Under the pieces are notes generated by a model, which saw only the letters and a list, made by a program, of their open reading frames with translations, had not been told where the DNA came from and ran no database searches. 64,000 nt of DNA from an uncultured Verrucomicrobiota bacterium (GTDB taxonomy: Bacteria; Verrucomicrobiota; Kiritimatiellia; JAAZAB01), in contig CAYYWX010000002.1 of NCBI GenBank assembly GCA_964475405.1, positions 1 through 64,000 of the forward strand. The letters run 5' to 3'. Positions 8,264 to 16,154 of this stretch are shown here, in pieces. The stretch's first letter is position 1; each line of letters opens with the position of its first letter. The position numbers and the translations under genes are program-made.

Positions 8264-8773
8264 ATGGCGACGATCAAGCTCAAGGGAACTGCAATTCATA
8301 CCGCCGGCAATTTGCCGGCCAAGGGTAAAAAGGCGCCGGCGTTCAAGCTGGTAGGGGGCGATCTGAAGGATGTCACCCTGGATAGTTTCGGCGACCGGAC
8401 GAAGATCCTGAACATAGTCCCCAGCCTGGATACGCCGGTTTGCGCGATATCGGCCAAGCGTTTTAACGCCGAGGTCGGCTCGCTCAAGAATGTCGTCCTG
8501 ATCAACATTTCGGCCGACCTGCCCTTCGCCCAGAAACGTTTTTGTGAAAACAATTCGCTGGGCAATATCGTCACCCTTTCCACGATGCGCTCGCCGAGTT
8601 TCGGCCGGGATTACGGGGTGGTGATAACCGATGGTCCGCTGGCCGGCCTGATGAGCCGGGCGGTGCTGGTCCTTGATCACGCGAACGTGGTTGTCTATTC
8701 CGAGCAGGTCCCGGAAATCGCCCAGGAGCCGGATTATCCGGCGGCCTTGGCGGCGGTCAAAATCGTCCAATGA
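8264..8773 (+). CDS. tpx: Thiol peroxidase (atypical 2-Cys peroxiredoxin)
   Basis: Strong full-length similarity to E. coli Tpx, including FPSIDTGVC-like (VPSLDTPVC), ISADLPFAQKRFC and TDGPLAGL…RAVLVLD blocks. Confidence 0.95.
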   Translation: MATIKLKGTAIHTAGNLPAKGKKAPAFKLVGGDLKDVTLDSFGDRTKILNIVPSLDTPVCAISAKRFNAEVGSLKNVVLINISADLPFAQKRFCENNSLGNIVTLSTMRSPSFGRDYGVVITDGPLAGLMSRAVLVLDHANVVVYSEQVPEIAQEPDYPAALAAVKIVQ

Positions 8774-9657
8774 GCGCCAGTCAAAAAACGGTGATTGCGG
8801 TTGACCTGGGCGGGACGTGGATGCGCGCGGCAGTCGTCGGCAAAGATGGAATCATCAGGGGGCAACTGTTCCGCCGGCCGGCCGGCAGGGAGCGTGCGCC
8901 GGAAGAAATAATCGGGGACTTGATCACGCTGGTGAAGGAAACTGCCTCCGCGGACAAAGCGACCGGGGAAAAGAACATCACGGGCGTGGCCTTGGGCGTG
9001 CCGACCGTCATAAGCGATGGAAAACTTGCCGCGAGCGACAATTTACCGACCTTGGGGGGCGTTGCCCTGGGGATGGAAATTGAAAAACGCACCGGGTGGA
9101 CCGTAAAAATGTTCAACGACGCGACCTGTTTTGCCATCGGAGAATGGCGGGCGGGAGCAGGCAAGGGGACGCGATTCTTCTGTGGCGTTACGTTGGGGAC
9201 CGGCATAGGGCTCGGGATTATTGCCGCTGGCCGGCCATTGCGGGGCGGTCACGGAACGGCCGGTGAAATCTGGAAATCGCCGCTGGGCAAGGCGCATGTT
9301 GAGGATTCTGTCAGCGGCGTGGGCCTGATGCAACTTTTCAAGGCGCGGACCGGACGCGAAGTTGACGGCGAAGAGATCCATGCCCTGGCTAAAAAGGGCG
9401 ATCCGGACGCCCTGGCGGCTTTTGACGAATTCGGAATCTTCCTGGGAAAAACCCTGGCCTGGATTATTAATTGCGTTGACCCGGAGGCCATTGTCCTGGG
9501 CGGGTCGGTCGCGCAATCATTTGATTTTTTTGAAAGACCGATGCGGAAAGCGATGAGTGAATTTTGCTCCAATGAAGTAAGGGCGACCGTGTCGGCCTCG
9601 GCCCTCGGCGAAAAGGCGTCCGTGATCGGCGCCGCGGAATTGTTTTGGCGCGCCTAA
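8770..9657 (+). CDS. ROK-family sugar kinase/repressor-type protein (glucokinase-like)
   Basis: N-terminal ATP-binding motif AVDLGGTWMRAAVV and a ROK glycine-rich central region. The 3' end is altered by the adjacent insertion; the protein ends …AAELFWRA*. Confidence 0.8.
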   Translation: MSASQKTVIAVDLGGTWMRAAVVGKDGIIRGQLFRRPAGRERAPEEIIGDLITLVKETASADKATGEKNITGVALGVPTVISDGKLAASDNLPTLGGVALGMEIEKRTGWTVKMFNDATCFAIGEWRAGAGKGTRFFCGVTLGTGIGLGIIAAGRPLRGGHGTAGEIWKSPLGKAHVEDSVSGVGLMQLFKARTGREVDGEEIHALAKKGDPDALAAFDEFGIFLGKTLAWIINCVDPEAIVLGGSVAQSFDFFERPMRKAMSEFCSNEVRATVSASALGEKASVIGAAELFWRA

Positions 9658-9666
9658 GGGTGTATC

Positions 9667-11055
9667 ATGAAGAAAATGAGCGATATTAATAATCTTCTTG
9701 CGCATGTGGCTAAGGGAGAAGACTCCGCCACACAGTTCAAGGCAGACACGCGCAACGGCGAATCCCTGGCTTCTGAGATGGCGGCGTTGGCCAATGCCGA
9801 GGGTGGAACCATTTTTATCGGCGTGGCGGATGACGGTTCCATGCCGGGATTGTCGCGTGATGACGTCTCTCGCGTCAACCAGTTGATCGGCAACGCGGCC
9901 AGCCAACTTGTGCGCAGTCCATTGGCCGTCCAGACACAAAACATCCAACTTCAAAACGGCCGGATCGTCATCAGTCTGACAGTGCCCAAAGGGATGGACA
10001 AACCATATTTTGACAAGAACGGAATCATCTGGTTGAAATGCGGTGCTGACAAGAGAAGGATCAACTCCAAGGAAGAATTGCGTCGTTTTTTTCAATTCGC
10101 CGATCAATTCCATGCCGACGAACTCCCCACGAAGGCCGGACTGGACAAGCTCGACGTCGAGCGTTTTACAACCTTCCTCCGGGATGTTTTTAAACAGGAG
10201 TTTCCCAAGGCCGAAGCCGACCGGCTTCAGATCCTGCAAAACATGAACCTAGCCTCCGATGCGGGCTGTCTTAACCTTGCCGGTGTGCTGCTCTTCGCAA
10301 AAGAGCCTGAGAGGATCAAACCATCGTTTATTGTCAAGGCGGTCGCCTTTCCCGGAACCACGATCGCTGCCAACGTCTATGACGACAGCGAAGATTTTTC
10401 CGGGTCACTGCAAGCGCTCTTTCAGGATACCATGGCCTTCATCAAGCGCAATCTCCGTAAAGTCCAGGCTGGACGAAACGTCAACTCGCCCGGCAAGCCG
10501 GAAATTCCGTTGCCGGTTTTTGAAGAATTGCTGGTCAACGCCCTCATCCACCGCGATTATCTGATCGAGGCGCCCATCCGGCTCTTTGTTTTCAATGATC
10601 GGATCGAGATCATCAGCCCGGGCCATCTGCCCAATAATCTGACAGTTGAAAAAATCCGAACTGGCAACTCGAATATTCGCAATCCGATCCTGGCCTCGTA
10701 TGTGGCCAAGGGCATTCTTCCCTATCATGGCATTGGCTCCGGCATCAAACGCGCGCTGGAAGATTGGCCTGACATCCGTTTTGCCGATGATCGGGATGGA
10801 TGCCTTTTCACCGCCACAGTCGGGCGTAAAGAAGTGAAACCATTTATAAAAACGCCGGGGAAAACGCCGGGGAAAACGCCGGGGAAAATCATTGAGTTGC
10901 TGTCGTCCGACCCAACTTTGTCCATCCCGGAGCTTGCGCAGGCGCTGTCAAAATCCGAGAGAGCAGTTGAGCGCGCGGTCAGGAAACTGCGTGAATCCGG
11001 CCGTCTCCGCAGAATTGGCCCCGACAAGGGCGGACATTGGGAGGTGGTGAAATGA
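9667..11055 (+). CDS. Schlafen/AlbA_2 (divergent AAA) – HATPase_c_4 – winged-HTH protein, of the kind often annotated as a RecG-like putative transcriptional regulator
   Basis: The N-terminus carries an AlbA_2 signature (…ATQFKADTRNGESLASEMAALANAEGGTIFIGVADDGS…). The C-terminus ends in a wHTH (SIPELAQALSKSERAVERAVRKLRESGRL). An internal PGKTPGKTPGK tandem repeat is present. Confidence 0.75.
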   Translation: MKKMSDINNLLAHVAKGEDSATQFKADTRNGESLASEMAALANAEGGTIFIGVADDGSMPGLSRDDVSRVNQLIGNAASQLVRSPLAVQTQNIQLQNGRIVISLTVPKGMDKPYFDKNGIIWLKCGADKRRINSKEELRRFFQFADQFHADELPTKAGLDKLDVERFTTFLRDVFKQEFPKAEADRLQILQNMNLASDAGCLNLAGVLLFAKEPERIKPSFIVKAVAFPGTTIAANVYDDSEDFSGSLQALFQDTMAFIKRNLRKVQAGRNVNSPGKPEIPLPVFEELLVNALIHRDYLIEAPIRLFVFNDRIEIISPGHLPNNLTVEKIRTGNSNIRNPILASYVAKGILPYHGIGSGIKRALEDWPDIRFADDRDGCLFTATVGRKEVKPFIKTPGKTPGKTPGKIIELLSSDPTLSIPELAQALSKSERAVERAVRKLRESGRLRRIGPDKGGHWEVVK

Positions 11056-11164
11056 CTTCCGGCTTGCTGAAAATGCCGGCGCCGCGGAATTGTTCAATGC
11101 CTGAAATACTGAAGGCGGAAATTGACAGGAACACTTCTCTGAAAGAGTTATTTATGTTACATTT

Positions 11165-11298
11165 ATGCCCGATATGAGTCCAAAATCAACATTCATGCTC
11201 CGGGATGTTGCCGACCTGGTGAAACAGGGAGAAGGGCCTGTTTTGGAGTTCAAGCGTTCCTCGGGCGAACTCAAGGAAGGAATGCGGACTCTCTGCGC
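11165..11298 (+). pseudogene. Truncated N-terminal remnant of a second AlbA_2-family gene, fused in frame to AT-rich foreign sequence
   Basis: …MLRDVADLVKQGEGPVLEFKRSSGELKEGMRTLCAF matches the start of an AlbA_2 domain. Homology and GC content both collapse after about 11298. The six-frame ORF continues to 11947 through AT-rich DNA. Confidence 0.55.
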
Positions 11299-12240
11299 TT
11301 TCTATCATAGCAGTTTAAAAATATTTACCATATTATGCCGGATTCTTCTGTGTTTAAGCATTATTATTTGGGTGTTATCAACCGCTATAGCAGTCGATGG
11401 TGTTTCTCAACAGACCACAGAGGGGTCCGAAGATCATCGGAACACAACAAATGATATACCAAGCCTAATCAGCATGACAAACATGACCATAAAAGTTTCA
11501 TTGGCTGAGCGTCTTAACGGACCGCCTAAAGATGTCCTATTGCGGAATCGTTTTCAGGAAAAAGAAAACGGCTTTTTGTCGTGTACGGGAATGTCCCTTG
11601 GAGAGGCAAAGAAGTTGTTATGTTTTGAGACCAAAGATATGAAGCCTGTCAAGTCATGTCCTCCAAGTCGGTCATCGTATTGGGTTGATTTTGGAGATGC
11701 TTACTGTGTGATAGATATTTACAGAAATATCAAAGAAACCAATAGTATTCAGGATGATCATGCTATTATTAATTTGACGGTGAATACTAATGCAATTCCG
11801 CCTGGACGCAAACTCACTCCTAGGCAGACATCGGCGGGAATGAAGAAATCAGAAGGGATGAATAAGGATGCGCAACAAGCGAACAATGGCAAATCGCTTG
11901 CATATCCAACAAATGGATTACCGGCGATGAATCGACGAAGCCGTTAATAAAGATGAATCATTTAATTAAACAGGCAGATAGTAAGTTATTTCCAATAACT
12001 TCCCCGTGTGGATAATTCTCCGCGAAATTAAAAATTCAGATCATTTTTCCTTGCCATGCGGGGAAAGATAGATAAATTATCCTCTTAAGCATGCAAAGGT
12101 GAATATTTTATCTTGTGTAGAAAGGTGGCCGTATTCCATGGGATGCTCAGGTTGTTTGACTGAAGACTGAAGACTGAAGACTGAAGACTGAAGACTGAAG
12201 ACTATTAGGTAAATCAACGACAGGACGAAATCAAAATACC
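11299..12240 (+). other. AT-rich island of about 0.9 kb (visibly around 40% GC against about 60% in the flanks) with no recognisable gene family; probable horizontally acquired insert
   Basis: The compositional shift is visible by eye. It contains the chimeric ORF tail (to 11947) and ends in a heptamer microsatellite next to the SIS gene start. Confidence 0.55.
12161..12202 (+). repeat. Microsatellite (TGAAGAC) x6
   Basis: Six perfect tandem heptamers followed by tattag, lying about 40 bp upstream of the SIS gene ATG. Confidence 0.9.
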
Positions 12241-13404
12241 ATGAGAAAACCAAATTTATTCCTAAAAGAACTCGATGAGCAACCGGAAGCATTGAGAAGG
12301 CTGGTTGAGTATTATTCCGGCAAAGGTTTTCCCAGGCTCAAGCAATGGGCCCGGTTGGCAAAGAAAAACCAATGGGTGATATTTTCCGGCATGGGGACAT
12401 CTGAATTCGCGCCGGAAATGATCCTGCCGGACCTTGCCCGGAACGGCATCGGGGCCCTGACAATTGATGCCGGCGAATGGCTCCATTATCCCCGGCCCTT
12501 GAAAGGATTGCCGGTCCTGATCAGCCAGTCAGGCGAGAGCGTGGAAACCCGCAAGCTGGCCGAGCGTCTTCGGATGCCCTTTATCGGTTTGACCAATAAC
12601 GAATCCAGTCTGCTCGGGCGCAAGGCAAGCCTGGCGTTGCCAATGTGCGCCGGCGCGGAATCGGCCATATCCACCAAAACCTATGTGAACACTCTCGCGC
12701 TCTTGTATTTAATGGCCAGGGCCATCCAGGGTGAAAAGAAAATTAAAGAGGGGTTGATTGCCTTGAAGAAGGCGGCAAACCGTATGAATGAATGCGACCG
12801 TGCAAATATTTTTAGGGCGGCTTCCGTGCTGGCTTCGGCGTCCTGCATCCAGTTCGTCGGTCGGGGACCGGCCATGGCGGCGGTCAAACAAACTGCCCTG
12901 ACATTTATGGAGGGGACCAGGTTGTCCACCACGGCATTGACCGGCGGCGCGTTCCGGCATGGACCGTTTGAGCTGGCGGGCAAGGGGCATCATATCGTCT
13001 TTTTCGCTCCACATGGCTTTACCCTTCTTCGCCAGCCTGCCCGAGACGACTCGTGTCGGCCAGGGAAAACCCTGTGGTCTTCTGCAGGCAGGAATGGTGT
13101 TCCTGGCTTCGCAGGGTTCCGCAGAGATTCCCCGCAGTTTGATGCGGGGTGCTCCACTTTTAATTTATTGTCGGCAATGGCGGTTGAAACGGCGGGGAAG
13201 GGGAGTAGTGTGGTTGTCATCACGGATGCCGAAATGAAGGCGAAGTCTGGGATGAAAATACTCTCGGTGCCTAACCTGGGTGAAGATTTGTTCCCGATTG
13301 CCGCCGCTTTGACCCAGGAATTATTGCTTTACGAAACAGCAAAGCGAAGAAATCTTGAAGCCGGTAAATTCCGGTACGGATCGAAAATCACGGCCCGTGA
13401 ATAA
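12241..13404 (+). CDS. SIS-domain sugar-phosphate isomerase/deaminase (AgaS/GlmS-C-terminal-like, double SIS)
   Basis: Two SIS motifs are present (VIFSGMGTSEFA…; LISQSGESVET; FVGRGP…GGAFRHGPFEL). The central region 13020-13140 is unusual and low in complexity. Confidence 0.65.
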   Translation: MRKPNLFLKELDEQPEALRRLVEYYSGKGFPRLKQWARLAKKNQWVIFSGMGTSEFAPEMILPDLARNGIGALTIDAGEWLHYPRPLKGLPVLISQSGESVETRKLAERLRMPFIGLTNNESSLLGRKASLALPMCAGAESAISTKTYVNTLALLYLMARAIQGEKKIKEGLIALKKAANRMNECDRANIFRAASVLASASCIQFVGRGPAMAAVKQTALTFMEGTRLSTTALTGGAFRHGPFELAGKGHHIVFFAPHGFTLLRQPARDDSCRPGKTLWSSAGRNGVPGFAGFRRDSPQFDAGCSTFNLLSAMAVETAGKGSSVVVITDAEMKAKSGMKILSVPNLGEDLFPIAAALTQELLLYETAKRRNLEAGKFRYGSKITARE

Positions 13405-13429
13405 TTTTTTTTTGGGGGGAAGAGGTAAA

Positions 13430-15655
13430 ATGACAGAAAACACGAATAATATCATATCCAAGTATAAAGGTGTTTTTACAGAGCCACCGGTAAAAGTTCC
13501 GACTAACATGACGGTTGATGGGCCGATCATGGGCAATGGCGACCTTGGCGTGGTCATCAGCGGCCGGCCGGAAGCGCAGCGTTTCTGGATATCCAAGTGC
13601 GATTTCTGGAAAGGCAAAAAAGGATTTCCAGGTGACAAGCCCAATGGCAGTCCGTGTTTGATCGGCGGGATTGATGTTTCCATCCCCGGGCTTGCCGATG
13701 CCGCGTATCACGTTGAGCAGCTTATTTACGAGGCCGAGATCAAATCGGTCTTCAGCAAGGAGGGTTCTTCCGTCAGCATGCGCTCCTGGGTGGCGGCTTC
13801 GAAAAATTTACTTGTCATAGAGCTCTCCGCCACGGGCAAGCCGGTCCAAGTCGTGGTGAACCTGTGGGCCCAGACCGGACACGAGTCAACGACCGATCAG
13901 GGACTTTCACAGGACGCGCATTGGGTCACGCGTAAATTTAACGGTCCGGACCTGCTTTTCGTGACCGGGGCCGCGATTGCCATGCGCTGCCTTCCGCCGT
14001 ATGGCGAGGCAAAAAATGCCGCGTGGAGCTTCATGCTGGAACCCGGACAGACAGTCGTGCTGGTCGCCTCAATTCTAACCAACCATGACGCCGAATCATA
14101 CCTTCAGGACAGCCTGGAGCGGGTGTGCCGGTTGGATTCCAGGAATATTGAACCAATCAGGAAGGCGCACCGCGAATGGTGGGAGGCGTTCTGGTCCGAG
14201 TCATTCGTTGAGATCGGCGACCCGCTGATTGAAAAATATTACTACGGGTCCCAATATATCCTGGCGTGCTGCAGCCGGAATAAGAATTTTCCGCCCGGGC
14301 TTTTCGGCAACTGGATTACAACCGACAAGCCCGCCTGGGGCAGCGATTATCACCTGAACTACAACCACCAGGCGCCCTGGTGGGGCGTTTACTCGTCCAA
14401 TCACGTGGCGCTCTCCGAGCCTTATGACGCCCCGATCCTGGAATTCATTCCCACCGGCAAGGAATATGCGCGCAGGTTCTTGAATTGCCGGGGAGTTTAC
14501 TATCCGGTCGGGATCGGCCCGCGCGGCCTGGATACCGGCGTGTTTCAGGGCGGTTACACGCTCTTCCTGGGCCAGAAGCACGACGCCGCTTATGCCGCGG
14601 CTGATATGTTCATGCGCTTCTACCACACCTATGACCTGGAGTATGCCAAAAAGGTCTATCCGTTCCTGCTGGAATTGGCCGATTTCTGGGAGGACTACCT
14701 GAGGTTTGAGCCGTTTGATAAACTCAGGCCGGAGGACGGCCGGTATGTGATTTACAAATCGCACGTCTGGGAAGTCAACTCGTGGACCAAAGAGGCCCGC
14801 GAAGAAAGCTATGATTTGGACACGAACGGCTGCGTGCCGCTGGGCATGGTCCGGATGCTGTTCAAGGGACTGCTTGAAGTGAGCGAAGAGCTGAAGCTGA
14901 ACGCCGGGCGGCGCGAGAAGTGGCGCCATATCCTTGCGCATATCAGCCCGTTTCCCATGGTGGAGCAAGACGGCAAAAAAAGATTTTGCGGCGCTGAAAA
15001 GGGCCCGTCCGCCAAGGTGGTCGGCGCCGGCGCGTGCATGATGCACGGCCTCGTCTGGCCGACGGAATGTTTCAGCCTGGATTCGGATCCCGAAATCCTG
15101 CAGAACCTCCTGAACGACGTCAGGATATGGTTTGAAGGAAAATGGTACGAATGCGACAACGGTTTCCCGACCATGTTCCCGGTCGCGGCCCGGCTGGGTT
15201 ATGCCCCGGACGAGATCCTCGCCAACCTGCGCAAGAAAATACAAATAAACGGCTTTCCCAACCTGTGGATCTACCAGCGCGGCGGCGGCATTGAGACCTG
15301 CGCCGGGACCACGGCGGGCATTAACGAAATGCTCCTGCAAAGCCACGGAAAAGTCCTGCGGCTTTTCCCGGTCTGGCCGAGGGAGAGCAACGCGCGTTTC
15401 GGCCGGCTGCGCGCGGTCGGCGCCTTCCTGGTGTCCAGCGCCCTGCGGGATGGCTTGGTGAAATATGTGTTGATTGAAAGCGAGAAGGGCCGCGACTGCA
15501 TTGTGCAGAATCCCTGGCCGGACAAGAAGGTCACGGTTTACCGCGATGGCCGCAAGGCGGAAACAATGACCGGCGCGCGGTTTACTCTCAAGACCAGCAG
15601 GGGTGAGCGCATTGTGCTGGGGCCGGAAGGCGTTTCGGTTGATGAATATTTGTAA
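13430..15655 (+). CDS. Six-hairpin glycoside hydrolase, GH95-like (alpha-L-fucosidase family-like)
   Basis: An N-terminal PF14498-like motif (DGPIMGNGDLGVVISG…FW) is present. Central block YHLNYNHQAPWWGV resembles the GH95 NxNxQMNYW catalytic region. Start set at the ATG with a GAGG RBS (13430). Confidence 0.5.
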   Translation: MTENTNNIISKYKGVFTEPPVKVPTNMTVDGPIMGNGDLGVVISGRPEAQRFWISKCDFWKGKKGFPGDKPNGSPCLIGGIDVSIPGLADAAYHVEQLIYEAEIKSVFSKEGSSVSMRSWVAASKNLLVIELSATGKPVQVVVNLWAQTGHESTTDQGLSQDAHWVTRKFNGPDLLFVTGAAIAMRCLPPYGEAKNAAWSFMLEPGQTVVLVASILTNHDAESYLQDSLERVCRLDSRNIEPIRKAHREWWEAFWSESFVEIGDPLIEKYYYGSQYILACCSRNKNFPPGLFGNWITTDKPAWGSDYHLNYNHQAPWWGVYSSNHVALSEPYDAPILEFIPTGKEYARRFLNCRGVYYPVGIGPRGLDTGVFQGGYTLFLGQKHDAAYAAADMFMRFYHTYDLEYAKKVYPFLLELADFWEDYLRFEPFDKLRPEDGRYVIYKSHVWEVNSWTKEAREESYDLDTNGCVPLGMVRMLFKGLLEVSEELKLNAGRREKWRHILAHISPFPMVEQDGKKRFCGAEKGPSAKVVGAGACMMHGLVWPTECFSLDSDPEILQNLLNDVRIWFEGKWYECDNGFPTMFPVAARLGYAPDEILANLRKKIQINGFPNLWIYQRGGGIETCAGTTAGINEMLLQSHGKVLRLFPVWPRESNARFGRLRAVGAFLVSSALRDGLVKYVLIESEKGRDCIVQNPWPDKKVTVYRDGRKAETMTGARFTLKTSRGERIVLGPEGVSVDEYL

Positions 15656-15734
15656 TCAGGTTTCACTTCACCGGCGTCCCGTTGGGACGCCGAAACTATA
15701 GCTGTTAAGGTTGTTGGCAGCAATCAACGAAATG

Positions 15735-15971
15735 AAGACCACACCAAAGTACTCTTCCGGCGAAACTATTCAGGCCGGCGATCGTGTGACGTACGATGAC
15801 GATGAAATGATCGTCGAGGACATCATTACGGAGGAGGATCTTCAGTGGGATTCGTACTGGTCCAAGTTTGGAACCGGAATCATGCTTCGGAACGCGACGA
15901 TGGGTCGACTATATGCCGCCTTTAACGATGAGCACTTGTTTTTTGTCGGACGGGCCACAAACACGAAATAG
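15735..15971 (+). CDS. Small hypothetical protein
   Basis: Open reading frame between two large hydrolase-like genes. No recognisable family. Confidence 0.3.
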   Translation, partial: KTTPKYSSGETIQAGDRVTYDDDEMIVEDIITEEDLQWDSYWSKFGTGIMLRNATMGRLYAAFNDEHLFFVGRATNTK

Positions 15972-16154
15972 GATCTGCCAACAAGTCGCTCGAACGCTAC
16001 AACGTGTCCCGCGGCCGGGCCACGTTGAGGTTCAGAGGCGGCGTTAGTGCAAAATGCAGAAAACGCATATTAATAAACCGAAAAAATAAAAACATTTGCG
16101 AAAAAAATTAAGATATAAGAAAATCCGGCAGAAAGAATTGAAATAGAAGGTTAT

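Noticed and set aside
11165-11947. Intact 260-aa gene as given by the ORF track
   Set aside because: Only the first 45 or so residues have family similarity (AlbA_2). The remainder lies in AT-rich DNA with a different composition. It is treated as a truncated gene fused to an insert rather than a functional full-length CDS, although expression of the chimera cannot be excluded.
12161-12202. Possible CRISPR array
   Set aside because: It consists only of contiguous 7-bp units with no spacers and no cas genes nearby, so it is a simple microsatellite.
14201-15346. 381-aa minus-strand ORF
   Set aside because: It is entirely antisense to the GH95-like gene. Its amino-acid composition is dominated by R/A/G/P, which is typical of spurious ORFs in high-GC DNA.
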